Positions 11,391-26,528 of a stretch of DNA of 64,000 bases are shown here, piece after piece. Under the pieces are notes generated by a model that was not told the DNA's origin, made no database searches, and worked only from the letters and a program-made list of their open reading frames with translations. This DNA comes from Picochlorum sp. SENEW3 (taxonomy: Eukaryota). A program made the position numbers and the translations under genes. The first letter of the stretch is position 1. Every line of letters starts with the position of its first letter. Location: positions 310,001 through 374,000 of the forward strand of contig CP120453.1 of NCBI GenBank assembly GCA_034226945.1, given 5' to 3'.

Positions 11391-13915
11391 ATGGGAAGGA
11401 AACCGCCTTCAGGCGATACCAAAGATACAAATAATAAAATTAAATTGGCAATCGAGTCATCTAAACTGCCAGTTGAGGAGGAATACTATGTACGTGTTTG
11501 GATGCATGGCATGCAACAATTGCTCGCCAACTGACGTGATACGGTGGATATGCGCAGTTTCATTCCATTAAGCCTGATTTCATACATGCTGTTGGGGATA
11601 TAAGAGAGCGTGCTGAGACATTGTTGCGCACTATTGCTGGGAGTGTGGATGTGAGGGAGAAGGTGGATATATCTGATGGAAATGCTCAGGATGTGACCGA
11701 GTATGCGTCGAGCGTGATTGATGCGCTGTGTAGTGAAACTGATGCGTCCATATCGGATGGGTTGAATCAGAAAAAGGCGGCACAGGATGCTTCTGGATTG
11801 AGCGGGGGCAAGATGCAGGATATAAAGAAAGGGACCTCAGGCGTGCAGGCTCAAACAAACTTTGTGTCCTTCATGACAAGCACGAGCAACGAAAAGCCTC
11901 AGAAAGATTTTGATGATCCAGTGGATAATACAAATGAGCCATTTGTCCCAAAGTTTTCGAGTCTTGAGAATGTGAAAGACGTGGATGTGGCAGCTTTCAA
12001 AAGGGAGTTTGAGGAATATGTGAAGAACAGGCAAGAGACTGCGCAGGCAAGCGTTTCAGCTCCCCATCCGTTGCGGGACGTGTTGGAGAGACTTCCAGAG
12101 ACATACTCATCGGTGCAATTGTCAGCACCAAAGGAGGAAGACGTTAAAAAACCGTTGCCGATAGAAAAGGTGGAGTTGATGTATGTTGATACAATAGAGG
12201 AGTTGGAGCAGGTTGCTCGTCTTCTTGAGGCAGAGAAGGAAATAGCCGTGGATTTGGAAGCTCATAATTATCGATCGTTTCAGGGATTTTGCTGTTTGAT
12301 GCAATTGTCGACAAGGAATGTGGATATTATAGTTGATGTCTTACTGCTGCGGAGTCATGTGGGGAGGCTGCTTGGGCCAGTGTTTGCAGACCCAAATATT
12401 GTCAAAGTGTTGCATGGATCGAGGAGTGATATTGGTTGGCTGCAGAGAGACTTTGGAATATATCTGTGCAATCTTTTTGATACAGGGGAAGCTGCAAAGA
12501 TATTAAAGTATGGATCGAATGGGTTGGCCTTTCTTTTGGAGAAGCATTGTGGATTCAAGGCTGATAAGAAGTGGCAGCTTGCTGACTGGCGAATACGGCC
12601 ATTACAAACTCAGGCGATACATTATGCTCGCGCTGATACGCATTTCTTGCTCTATTGCTACGATGTGCTTCGGATAGAACTTTGTAGATTGTCAAAGGAG
12701 GACCTTGCAGATGTAGATGAAGCACTATTGTCGTGTCCTTCGGGGAGCAGCACACCTGGTATATGTGCTGTGTTGGAGCAATCCAGAAAGCTGTGTTTGT
12801 CGCTGTATGAGAAGGAACTGTTCACACCTGAATCGTTCTATGATTTATACAAGCGTATGGAAGGAAAGTCTGGTGTATTGTCGGAGAAGCAGTTGTCTGT
12901 GTTTGCAGCAGTGTATGCCTGGAGGGATACGTTGTCAAGGCAGTTGGATGAGTCTCCTGGCTACATTTTACCACGGGGCCAGATGTTTCATATCGCGCGC
13001 AAGATGCCTTCTTCAAAGCGTGAGCTTGAAATGTGTCTTAAATCCAAGAGTAGAGTTCTGATGAGCAGGGTAGATGCGTTGCTGTATTGTATTGACAAGG
13101 CAACAAAGGATACATCAGCTGCCCGAGCTGTGTTACATCCTGTGCAAAAGAGCACAACTGTCGCCCAGCATGAACCTGCCGTTTCGGCGCGTGATGCTTT
13201 GAATACATTTGATATGGGAATGACAATGACGTTCAAAGGATTTCGGGCTACGAGCTCCTCAAGTCTTGGCTCGATGAAGAAGAGAAAGCATGCCCGAATG
13301 GTGGAGAGCACATTTGCAGTAGAGTCATCCAAGAACATTCCCGCTAAACCCACCGAAGAGAAAGAGCAGGAAGACGCAGCAGTAGTAGAAGAAGAAAAGT
13401 CCACTGAAGAAAAATCAAAGGCAGATGATCAACCCAACGAGGAAGAAAAGGGTCTACAGGAGGAGGAGGAGAAGCAGCAGGATGAGAGTCTTGAAAAACA
13501 CCTGCCACATGGCACACTCGATGAACAAGATTTCCTGCCTCTGCCGGTATCGCAGTTGTCTAAAAAACGTAGAAAAGAAGACCAAAAGACGAGCAATAAA
13601 AGCAATCAGCGCCCTTCTTCCATGACAAAGAAGCGACATAAAAAGACTGACAGCGCACAGCCTCAAGAAGATGCATCACCTCAACAGGCAGCATTTGATC
13701 CTGACAAGGCGGTGCACAAGTATGGGAAAGCGTATCGACCATCGAAAAAGAAGGACAGAAAGCGCGGTAGCAAAGACAAAGGTGGCGAATTTGAAATTCC
13801 AACTGGTATGTTCAATCCTCATCAGGGCCTCTTGGAAGGCAAGTCTTCCTCCAAGAGAAGTGCTGTCCAAGTACGCAGTGGCAACAGAAGTTCAACATAC
13901 GCGCGTAGACGTTGA
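11391..13915 (+). CDS. RRP6: Nuclear exosome 3'-5' exonuclease RRP6/EXOSC10
   Basis: First exon 11391-11489 (MGRK...KLPVEEEYY), intron 11490-11557. DEDDy motifs AVDLEAH, HGSRSDIGW and YARADTH, an HRDC domain (WRDTLSRQLDES) and a basic tail. Confidence 0.93.
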
Positions 13916-13922
13916 GTGTTTC

Positions 13923-13935
13923 TTTACAATGTAAA
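13923..13935. terminator. Bidirectional chlorophyte poly(A) signal (TTTACA-A-TGTAAA) between convergent RRP6 and RUVBL1
   Basis: TGTAA on + at 13930-13934 and on - at 13924-13928, inside a 27-bp gap. UGUAA is the established near-upstream element in Chlamydomonas/Chlorella. Confidence 0.7.
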
Positions 13936-13942
13936 AAGTTTT

Positions 13943-15578
<1,636 letters not shown>

Positions 15579-15703
15579 TTATTACGATATATCCATGGTT
15601 GTACTGAAACGTATCATTCATCTACATGTGTATATACATATACTGACACACGCGTGCGTAGAACGCAGGACGGCGTGACCTTTTGTTGATTTTACTGTAC
15701 ATG

Positions 15704-17913
15704 TCACCCAAGCATTCCAAACATGGTGAAGACATCACCAATCACTTTGATGCGCTCCTTTGCGCCGATGTAATCCAGTTCCAAATCATCGCCATCGTCA
15801 GCGAGTCTTTTATATCCGATCAATGTCTGGGTAACGTTGATTTCGCCACAGATGAAGAGCTTGGCGAGCAATTCAAGGACAGATTCTTCCAGAGAGGGAT
15901 CTTCTAACAGCTGCATAACACTCTGATACACGAGTTCGTGGTGGTAATGTGGCATCCCAACGTCTCTGAGGCACTTTAAGAGCTCGTTGAAATTCTTTGC
16001 CAAGAGGTATTCTTTGATCATCGAGACGAATGCATCAGAAATTGCTCGGGATGTTTCCTTTGTGGAATACCCATGCCAGCAGTTTGTAAATCTCTCTGCG
16101 GCATGCTTGGCAGCGAGCAATTTCCTTGCAGCGTGAATGATATCATGTCCCAGACTCTTTTCCTTCATCTCATCCAGGTGAGAAAGAAAACTTGGAGGGA
16201 CTGCTTCATCGACAATGGCGCGGCCTAAAAACAGAGTGAGGAATCTTGGCGCATCTGGAATATCCAGGGTGATGTCTTCTGCAGAGGATAACAGTTTGGT
16301 GAAACCGAGACTAACATGCTCTTCAGATAGCACAGAAGACTGGCGTAGGTCATTCAAGAGTTTGGACGATAGTTCGCGCTCCCTATCGTTTCTATCCATC
16401 GCCATTTGAATCAACTGCACATCACCATCACCATCATCATCACACCTCTATTGCGGTGGTATTCACAACACAAGCAACATACCAGTTTCACAAAGACGCT
16501 GTGGAGTCCAGGATCCCCGCATTGATTCAACTGACATTCGACTTCCGAAGGATCTGCCGAGTCAAAGTATTCCATAATGGTTGTCTTGCACTCTGACTTG
16601 AATGTACTCAGTAAAAATATAGAGGGTGATTCAGTTGCTCCCTGCGATGCAAGGGACTCTTTCTCAGCACCATCAATCCATTGTTTCTTATACGCTGCGT
16701 CAATAACCTGCTGAAATACGGTGCGAGCATTAGGATAGTCGAGGCTGATTTGTTCCAAATCGGATGCTATACGGCGTAATCCTGTACATGTTTGAGACTT
16801 GTTCACATCCCCTGTCGCAATCAAATCACTCAGCATATCGACCAATGCCGTGCACGCATTGGGATCATTGAAACATGCCAGCACCGTCAATTTGACAAAT
16901 TCATGGTGGAAATGGGGCACAGCAAGGGACTGAACCTGGCGCCGAACTTCACCCACATCGCGAGCAGACAGAAACTCTTTGATACACTGCTCGAATGATT
17001 TCTTCGTCTCTGTAACATCCATCCCAGCCCGAGATCCCCACACTCTTGACATTCGCTCTGCAAAGTGCGGGTCAGAGAGATAGGCAGTACACAAGCTATG
17101 CCACTGTTCAACCAGCTCTGAACCAAACACTCCAGTCTCGGATACAAACGATGGTGGAAGAACATCGTCAGCAACAGCCCGACAGGTGAAAAACGCCACC
17201 CATTCAACGGCTTGAGGCACATCCAGAACCAAGTCATCCAAAGCATCCAGTACAGCCACAAACCCTTTTTCCACCATGGAGGACGACAGAGTCTTATTAT
17301 ACATGTAACTCAGCAACTGGCTGATCATCTCCCTCTCCTTATCATGTCTATCCAAAGAACATGTTATCGCTTTTTTCACAAAGAAATGCAACAGCGTAGG
17401 CTGATCCAACTCTTCTATACTTTGATTCGCCTCCTCGGCATCCCCTGATTCAAAATACTCTGTCAGAATATCCACAACCGCATCCTTGTACGCCACAATC
17501 TCCACCAACTTGGCCTCCACCAAGCTAATACTACCTAGATCTTCCTGCTCCGAATCCCAATTTGGATCCCCTTCATCAGCAACCCCATCCTCCAAGTACT
17601 CGTTCGCATCCATCAAATTCCCCCACGTAAACTTCCCTCCCCCGCCATTCTTCTTCGCCTTCCCACTTCCCTTTGTCTTCCTCGACAAATGATGATCATG
17701 ATATAATTTCCCACCCTTCTTCACTCCACCCTCCTGCTTCTTCACCGCGGGCGCAAGCGGAGGAGGCACACCTCTCAGCTTGACAGACTCCCCCGTCTCT
17801 GACAACCGCCCAGACAGTGCAGCATTTAACGCTTCCCTCTGCTCTTCGTTCAACACAGGCTCACTTCCCAACGAACTGGATGGAGCCCGATCCAACGCAC
17901 CACCATTCATCAT
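15704..17913 (-). CDS. MA3-domain translation regulator (PDCD4/MRF-like, four MA3 domains)
   Basis: Intron 16415-16482. Contains KKNGGGGKFTWG, DEGDPNWD and repeated ILTEYF..GD / HHEFVK / DLVLDVP MA3 motifs. Confidence 0.9.
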
Positions 17914-18571
17914 CCTAATCAACAAGACGTGTGCGATACAAGCTCTTCTTCGTGCTCCTACAGACGAGCACCTTCAAACCCCAAATCAGACCACACCGTA
18001 TCTCGTACACCCAAATATCTACATAAAACACCACACATATCAATAGTATCCCAATCAAATCCATGTACATCACAAACCCACGCCCCCCGACACCGTCAAC
18101 AGGACATGTTCAAGAAAATACCCTATTCCTTCCCTCGGCACACCCAATCCCTCGTATTACCACCCAAGACAACATCTATTATTTTTAAGCACTACCAAGT
18201 ACCCAAAATACAGGTATATTCGCTAGATCATGCTAAGACACATCATCCGTTCACGCGCTCTTTCCAACCCACGACCCACTGGGCCAGATATCACGTACCC
18301 GATCCTGATGTAACTCTTATATTTACAACAACAGTATATTAATTTTTACTATGGTATAAAATTGAATCATCTCCGTGAGGAGATGGACGATTGCCTCTTT
18401 TGCCATGAACGACTGATCTCCTTTTTTATAGTATCTATTTACAGAGATATGGCCTTGGTCTTCACATCTATTCCATTCTCTATCATTATGCAATGATGAT
18501 AATAATAATAGATATTAATCTTACGTCAAGAAGAAAAAGAATGTACTGAATAGAAGAAGAAACGATTGGAC

Positions 18572-19157
18572 ATGGTGCGTGTGAACAATTGTTGGGACAG
18601 TTTTCGATTCTCCGTGATTTCAGCGTTGCTTGCTTTCTGTATTCTTGTAGATTCGGTTTTTATTGCTATTAAGTCGACAGGGAAAGGTTCGATTGGCGAA
18701 ATGGTACACAACTGTGAGCCAAAAGGAGCGGGCTCAGATTATCAAGCAGGTGTCTCCTTTGGTTTTGTCCCGTGGACCAAAGCTGTGTAATTTTATTGAT
18801 TGGAAGGATATGAAGTTGGTGTATAGACGGTATGCGAGCCTGTATTTTATAGTAGGAGTGGATCAGGAGGATAATGAGCTTATAACGATGGAAGTGATTC
18901 ATCAATTTGTGGAAGCGTTGGACAAGTATTTTGGTAATGTGTGCGAATTGGATCTTATATTTAATTTTCACAAGGCATACTATATATTAGATGAACTTTT
19001 GCTGGGAGGAGAGCTGCAAGAGCCGTCGAAAAAGGTGGTTATTCAGATGGTGGAGAAGCAAGATATGAGGCAGGAAGAGGAAAAGTTACATGGGGTTGCG
19101 TCGCAGAGGTCTGGCGGGGATCGGGCGCCTCATGATCCTCGAATAGCGAGGGGTTGA
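18572..19157 (+). CDS. AP1S: AP-1 adaptor complex sigma subunit
   Basis: First coding exon is the ATG only (18572-18574), then intron 18575-18650. Continues IRFLLLLSRQGKVRLAKWY, YRRYASLYF, YFGNVCELDLIFNF. Confidence 0.95.
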
Positions 19158-19197
19158 TGTGCTACACACCCATCATCACATGTATGTATATAATATA

Positions 19198-20589
19198 TTA
19201 CGCGTATTGTTGCAGTTGGCCGAGACCCTGTGTCAGGACACTCTTTGTGTCGCTGCCCAGGGCAAGGACGTCTGCAATGGACTTGCGCCATTGTTTCAAG
19301 TCTTTCTGTAAGTTCTGCCAATCATTATTCTCAAATGTTCTGGATGAGCATCGCGAGATGAGAATGGTTTCCTGAAGTTGATCAATCTTGGCTTCCATGA
19401 CACGCTTGCCAATAGCTCTGACAATCAAGTCTTCCACATCCGAGGCTGGAATGTCGAGTGCCTCGGATATCTCTTTACATGGCACGCTGGTACGACCATG
19501 AACGAATCCAGCAAGGGCCAGTAAGAGCATCTTGTTGGTCAGGTCCTGCTCTGTTGTTCCAACACTGGTGATGACTGAAGACCCATCTGGGGTGCTGACA
19601 AAGTCCCTAAACTCCTTGACGGATCCATGCAGCAACACATTCAACATGGTGTACAGATTTTTATATTTGCTGCTTGTTTTCAAACTCTGCACAGCAGGAG
19701 TATCGAGCAGATCAAATGTGAGGAGATCGCTCGAGGCAATATACTCTGACACCACCTGTGCTGCTACATCTGTACCCTCGCTGCTACTATCCTGCGTGTA
19801 TGTCCTCAACGCTTTCATTCGAAGTTTATATGCTTCTTTTGCTGCTGATTTTGGTTTTCGTGTGCATGATGTCAGTGAATCAGCGCAGTTCAAATAGAGT
19901 GCACGAGCATCGTCAGATGACAGGGAGAGGACAGTGATCCAAGAGTCTATATTCGTTTTAATCACCCCAAGCATGATATCCGCCAATCCACTCGCCTTTG
20001 AGAATTCTATGGTTTTCATCAACGCCTGATATTTGGCAGGTGAGTCTAACACAGTGTTGTACAAATTGATGAGACCTTGAAGCCGTCTCTCTGGCCTTGT
20101 CTCTGGGTCTGAAGACAGAGCCTTTGACACCCGAGCTACGGCATCATCCGACTCTGGGGGCTCAATTCGTGGGACAAGATGACATATAATGTTTGTAATT
20201 CCTTCCAAATCTGCATAATACCGGAAGAATCCAAAAAAGAGTGAGCATTCTTCCAATCACTCGTTCAGTCGCCTCAGGCACATACCTTGCTCATTATCTG
20301 CATTCTTGAAAACAATATCTAATTTTGAGAGAAACAAATCCAGCACCTGGCTGAGATCTTCCTTTCCATAGGCGATTTCGACATCCTGGACGAATTTCTC
20401 AGAGTCGCCTTTGGCGGCTTCGCTACGTTCCTGCGTATTCAGAAATATGTGTGGTTTTAACATCAGGTATGTGTATGTTTGACAACAGGAGGGCGTGTTT
20501 CGTACCTCGAGCTGCTCCAGAATAGTGCCAACATAGCCTGCTGCAGCCACCCACGGGTCTTCCTCGGATATTTGCACAAGACTCGTCAT
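19198..20589 (-). CDS. eIF3m: Eukaryotic translation initiation factor 3 subunit M (PCI domain)
   Basis: Introns 20431-20505 and 20211-20285. Contains RLQGLINLYN, KMLLLAL, EAKIDQ and RTFENNDWQNL. Confidence 0.88.
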
Positions 20590-20679
20590 TCTACACAGAT
20601 GAATGTGAACTACAATTCAAATATTTCAATAATGTATATAGTGCAGGGGATGGAGGTCAATTCATTCGTATTCAATGCA

Positions 20680-22076
20680 TCATGATGCATTCCGTAATGA
20701 TTCGAGGAGAGGTTCAAGCGTGGTGAGAAGGTCTCTTGCTGAACTGGATTGATTACCTCTGGTAGATCTTCTGGATGAGTTCATCTGTGCAGCCTTGGAT
20801 GGAGGTGTCATGTTTGCCAATACTTGTTCGAAATGAACCTTTGAGAGTGGGTCTGGTCCAGAGACGAGTGCCTGGTCCTTCATGGATTTATCTTCTGGCA
20901 AGGTTGACAAAAACTCATGGACTGGAATTGCTGCTGCCTGGCTGCACATTTCTTTCAAATCTGATCCACTAAAACCTTCTGTTCGTTCTGCAATGTCCCG
21001 CAAGGGAGATACTCGGTGCGATTTGATCTTGGAATTTCCAGATGCTGATTCCTCATGGTCATGGCCATGATGATAAATACTCTCCAGCAGAGCATCGTCA
21101 ATCTCGTGAGCTCCTTCTTCCATAGAATACCGCTTCAATATTGATCTCAGAATCTCTTCCCGCTGCATGGCTGTTGGCAACGACACCTCATACTGGAGAG
21201 AAAATCGTCTGAGCACGGCATCATCCAAGGAAAATTTCTTGTTGGTCGCGCCAAGGACAACAACATTGCTCTCGAAATCAGTCTCAAATCCTTCCCACAG
21301 CTGCATAAATTCCGTCTTCATGGCTGTCGTTGCTTCATGCTCCGAGCTATTTCTCGACCCGAGAAGAGCATCCACTTCATCGATGAAGAGAATGGTGGGC
21401 TGCAGCTTGTACGCCAATGTCCAAATAGCTGAAATCATCTTGTTGGTCTCTCCGTACCATTTCGACAAGATTGTCGACGCTTTAATCACAATAAAGCATG
21501 CCGTACATTCCTTTGCCAACGCCTTTGCCAGCATGGTCTTTCCTGTCCCAGGAGGCCCATACAGCAACACACCCCTCTTCTGCCTCAGCAATGACGTTCT
21601 AAAATGCTGTGGCTGCAACATGGGTGTGATGACATTCCTGCGCAAATCGTCAATGATATGATCCAGACCACCAATATCATCCAGCGTCACGTCGATCAAA
21701 TCAGGATTGACAACCTCTCGTGCAATAATCTGCATTTTGGTAAAAAAGAAAACCATCATCATCGACTGCCATTCCCACGGGAGTAAAATAAACAAGCTCT
21801 ACGTACATTTTCAAATTCGCTCTCTAGCTCCACATTCCTTCCCCACCTCTTTGCCAACTCCTTCTTCTGCTTCCTAGCCTTGGCCTTCAACGAGGTATCA
21901 TTCCGTGTCAGCGCCCACCGAAGAATCAGGAATGATCCCAACAAACTACACCCCATGTAGGCAAGCTGCACACCACCAACACATCAAACCAGGCTCCATC
22001 ACGGTTTTAAAAAATAAATACAATGGCATACCTCAATCACGACTGACCGATTCTGCACAGCCGCGTCGACAGTCAT
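20680..22076 (-). CDS. MSP1: Membrane-anchored AAA ATPase ATAD1/Msp1
   Basis: Introns 21966-22031 and 21730-21806. Has an N-terminal TM helix, VVNPDLIDVTLDDIGGL, GPPGTGKT, KWYGE, FIDEVD and EFMQLWEG. Confidence 0.9.
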
Positions 22077-22595
22077 TTTACCAAAATTTCGAAATCCGAC
22101 TCTAAATTTCTTCCAGAAATCCTTCTTGACAACAGTACCGACCTCCTGATCAGGCATAAATACGACGGCTCTCCTGCAATGACTGTGAGGAAAGTCCACG
22201 ACTGAATTTTACAAAACAACTGTTGAAAGACCCGTTGGTCTTGGTCCTCGGAGTGGTGCTACAATACAACCACAGGCTTCTCTAGCACCACAGACGTACT
22301 CGTTTCAACATGAAAATACTACTGAATTAATTAATATACATTCATTTGAGTCGTGCCTCACACAGAAGAGCAGTCTATTCTTGAGCATGATGGATTGTTG
22401 CAACTGTTTTCCAGATGTCCTATCAAAGGATCCAATTGACCAGTATAATACTATCGATCATACCAGAACAACCATTGGCACCCATGCCTGCTTATAGATG
22501 CCGCCCTGCGTTCTTATAATTAATCCTATAAATTCATATACATTGTACTCGTGTGCTGTATAGATCAGAAAGGGTAGATAGGCAAAGTTTGGGCA

Positions 22596-23481
22596 ATGTC
22601 AAAACGACGAGACTATGATCACCTTATTAAGCTGTTACTTATCGGCGATAGTGGTGCGTGGGTGGATATAATGTCTATGTAATAGATGATATTCTATTAT
22701 TTTGACAATAGGTGTCGGTGGGGATGCTTATTTGTCATAGAGAGGGAGGCCAAGGCTGTGCCTTGTCAGTTGACTCTTCTTGTACATAGAAGACTACAAT
22801 GGTTACATGGCATGGTTCTCACGATGGGAGTGGTTTGCGTTATGTAGGTGTTGGGAAGAGTTGTTTGTTGCTGAGGTTTTCAGAAGATTCATTTACCAAT
22901 AGCTTCATCACCACCATAGGGTAGGTTTTCTCTGCTCACGTCTGTTGCCATGCAGTGTCTTGTTGATTTAAAAAGAACAACCTCTGTGTAGGATTGATTT
23001 CAAGATTAAAAAGATTCAGATTGATGGCACGTGGATCAAATTACAGATTTGGGACACTGCTGGGCAGGAAAGGTTTAGAACAATTACCAGTGCATATTAT
23101 AGAGGGGCCATGGGCATTCTGTTGGTGTATGATGTTGGGGATGCGAATTCGTTCAAAAATATTAGGAATTGGATGAAGAATATAGAACAGCATGCGTCGG
23201 TGAATGTTGTGAAGGGTCTTGTGGGGAACAAGTGTGATATTTCAGAGGGGGAGCGTGCTGTGTCCAAGAGTCAGGCACAAGAGCTGGCAGATGAGTATGG
23301 TATACCGTTTTATGAGACATCTGCAAAGACGGGAGAGAATGTAGAGAATGTGTTTAGGGATTTGGCGGAGATTGTGTATGGTAGGCTGAAGAAGGATCAG
23401 CAACAGCCCTCTGGAGCCGGTGGTCGAGTGGCATTGAGGGATGTGTCGTATGCTTCTACAAAGAAATCGTCATGCTGTTGA
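22596..23481 (+). CDS. RAB8: Rab8/RabE small GTPase
   Basis: Introns 22654-22847 and 22921-22991. Motifs: [42 protein letters not shown] and C-terminal CC. Confidence 0.95.
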
Positions 23482-23576
23482 TAGAGCCATTATTGATCAT
23501 TTATATACGATTTTTGATTACATGTGATGTTGTAATCGGGTTCTGTTTGTTTGTGTTGAGAGAATAAGGAAAAGAA

Positions 23577-24172
23577 ATGTCATCCATGGCGACATGCCAT
23601 GTCATGCGATGCTGCCATCGCCCGCAATGCGGCGGTGTTTGGGTGAATACAGCACCATATAGGACAACAATGACGTTATTTGTATCTGGTACTCGGCGTC
23701 ATACGCATACGACGGCTGCAATTGATTCGCATCTGCCAGAGCTGGACAAGTCACTTGACAATGAATTGTCTTTGAGACCTTTAACATTGGACGATCGTGG
23801 GTATTTCATTATACAGATTGATCCAGAGAAGCGGTTGATTATAGCTGAGCATTATGGGAATGTGATTAATGAGCAAGGTGTGTGTGTATATATCATTTTG
23901 GGTTGTTGTTGTTTGGTCTGGACAGACTTGTGAGAAGAATATATGCAGGGTTGGCGTGTGATGAGGAGACTGGCGAAGTTATCTCATGTGCTGGTGCGTC
24001 AAAGAAGCCTGTACGAGTGTTTACGGGGAGAACGGCGAAAGAGTTGAGTGTCAAGGTGCTGGAGGAGGAGTCTGATTTGTGCTCTCGTCTGGAACATGCG
24101 AATTATTTAGGGAGGGAATTACAAAAAGCGGAATATGCATTGTTGCATTCGTTAGAATATATTCAGGATTGA
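23577..24172 (+). CDS. DUF4346-domain protein, probably plastid-targeted (cyanobacterial-type)
   Basis: Intron 23878-23948. Contains LDDRGYFII, GRTAKEL, SRLEHANYLGRELQKAEYAL and terminal YIQD. Confidence 0.85.
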
Positions 24173-25945
24173 GCATATGTGGACCACCATGGAGGTGAAT
24201 CGATGGCTTGGGTTTGAGAAGAGAGTCTCAAAACCAAACAAATATTTCCAGGAGGACCAGCGGCCTCTGAGGAGGAGGAGGAGGAGGAGTCTTCTTCTTC
24301 TTCTTCTTCTTCTTCATCATCTTCATCAGAAGAATAATAATAATCATCATCATCACTGTATTCGGGCGAAGCATCAGACTCTGAACTATGCCAAGTACTC
24401 AGCTCCGCAAATATGCTGTCCTCATCATCTTGTGTCAGCGTGAGACATGGAAGCACATTTGATGCAGCAGCGCTACGGAGAATTTCCAGCGTCTGATTCA
24501 TGTACTGAATAAAATTATAAGCACAGCAGGGCTCTGGCATGCCATTCTCCAGACATGTTCGGAGTTGCATGTTTAATTCCAATCCATGCACAAAGCTGGA
24601 AGCAATCCTCCTTGAGGTCTTTTCTATACAGTGAAGATCGTGTTGCTGAGGATACGAGTAGGAAAATGCTTCGAGAATTCGCTCAGAGCATGCTGTGATG
24701 AGGTATTCCAGCGCCTCTGGTTCACGCCTGTAGATGGCATAGTGGAATGCTGTCAAACCATGCCTATTCGCCACGGTAACATCTGCCCCAGCATCCAAAA
24801 GGGTATCTATCATATCTATAAGTGATCCTTTTCGCGTTCTATAACTGAAACAAATGCTCCCGATTAATACTGTCGAGTCACCATGGGTTTTACTTTGATA
24901 GTTGATGTCTGTCGTGTACCTCATGACTTCCTCCAAGACACCAGAGCCCCATCGCAGAGTCAGCATGAGGTGCTTATTCGGAGACTCTAGATACTTTGAC
25001 AATCCATGGTCTATCAACACCTTGAGATGTGCTTGAATCGTGTCAGCATCCAACCTGTAACTTGTGTAACTATCCAGCACAGATACAAACACTCCATCAG
25101 CCCATTCAGATCTTTGGAGGAGATCCTTTGGAGATACTGACAACGTATCCCACCTGGCCACACAACTGCGTGCCATGATCTCACAGATTTCTATACTATG
25201 AAGTGCCGGGCACTCCTTCTCAAGATTTCCCAAGCAATACCCAGATTCAAACAGCTCCTGAAACATTTCTGTTTGCTTATATCTCAGACACGCTTGAAGC
25301 ATTTTGTGAGAAATGCACTCACCGGGACCCTTGTTGCATGTGTCGTGCAACGGTATAAACAAGAGACGTGCAATCTGCTTGTACGCCTCCATATGACCGC
25401 TCTTAATAGCATGCACACAAGCACATTCTCCCTGACCATTCTCAAGATATGGATCACCCCCAGCTGCAAGAATCAACGGGATGATTCGCGTTCTATTCGC
25501 CAGTGAAGCAAGCATCAATGCAGTCGTCCCTTGCCGATCGCTCACATTAGGATTCGCACGGCCATCCTGCAGCAAGAGCTCTACCACAGGCACGTTGTTC
25601 TGCAGTGTAGCAATCATCAAGGCAGTCTCCCCATATCTTCCTTGATAGTCTGCGTACGATGTCGCCACGCAACTTTGCGTTGTCTTCGGGACGCTTTCCA
25701 CAAACGTTGAATCATCCGAACTAAAGAGTGCGGACAAGATGCCAGTATCATCTCGCCTCTTGGTTGCTTCAAGCAGACGTTGACCTCGACACACCTGCAC
25801 ACCAATCCAACAGCATCAATCAAACACTCCATCCACCCATAATTCTTGTGATATTACGAGTAATAATTAAACTTGTACAACTAGAATTCCAAGAGTATGA
25901 CGATGGAGTCCGTACCAGAGTGCGCTCTTCTCGGACAACCCCCAT
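24163..25945 (-). CDS. Ankyrin-repeat protein with an acidic C-terminal tract
   Basis: First exon 25916-25945 (MGVVREERTL), intron 25795-25915. Ankyrin-like segments GETALMIA, GTTALMLA, GECACVHA and GLTAFHYA. Confidence 0.85.
24268..24355. repeat. Trinucleotide tracts (GAG)n/(TTC)n/(TCA)n encoding poly-Ser/Glu/Asp in the ankyrin protein
   Basis: Directly visible low-complexity run. Confidence 0.9.
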
Positions 25946-26528
25946 GATATCTCCTTCTCTCTGCGTCTCTATAACCAAGTATCTATCTATATATAAAATC
26001 TATAAACCATATAGACAAAGGAGATGGTATCGACTGGCTTGATACAAAACCCATGGGGACAGATCATCCGATTCCCGAACCTTCATGCACATCTCCCCAC
26101 CCGTGGCCAAGTCATGCATAGCATTCATGCGATTTCAATACACCATAGGATGATCAGCATGCAATCCCAATCCATACATCGAATACATATTCCACGTGTA
26201 TACCTACCTAAAACACGCACATCCATGATGCCATGCGGAAGGACAACCCCCATTGTTCCCCATGAGACTTGTATATCACAGAGATATCCATCTTGAGAAT
26301 TCTTGAGAAGAAAGAGGCATCCCGTGTCTGTTCATCAGGAAACAATCATCTCTCAAGGGGAATTCTTCTTCCATTGCATGCGTCTTGAAGAAGATAGATC
26401 AGACCATAAATGCTGATGATGATGAAGAAGAAAGAGGAGGTGATGGTTGGGCCTTGAAAAGCCAATTGGTTCCCGGAAGCAACATCCCCACGGACAGATA
26501 CAAATCTATCCAATTAGATAGGCACAGT

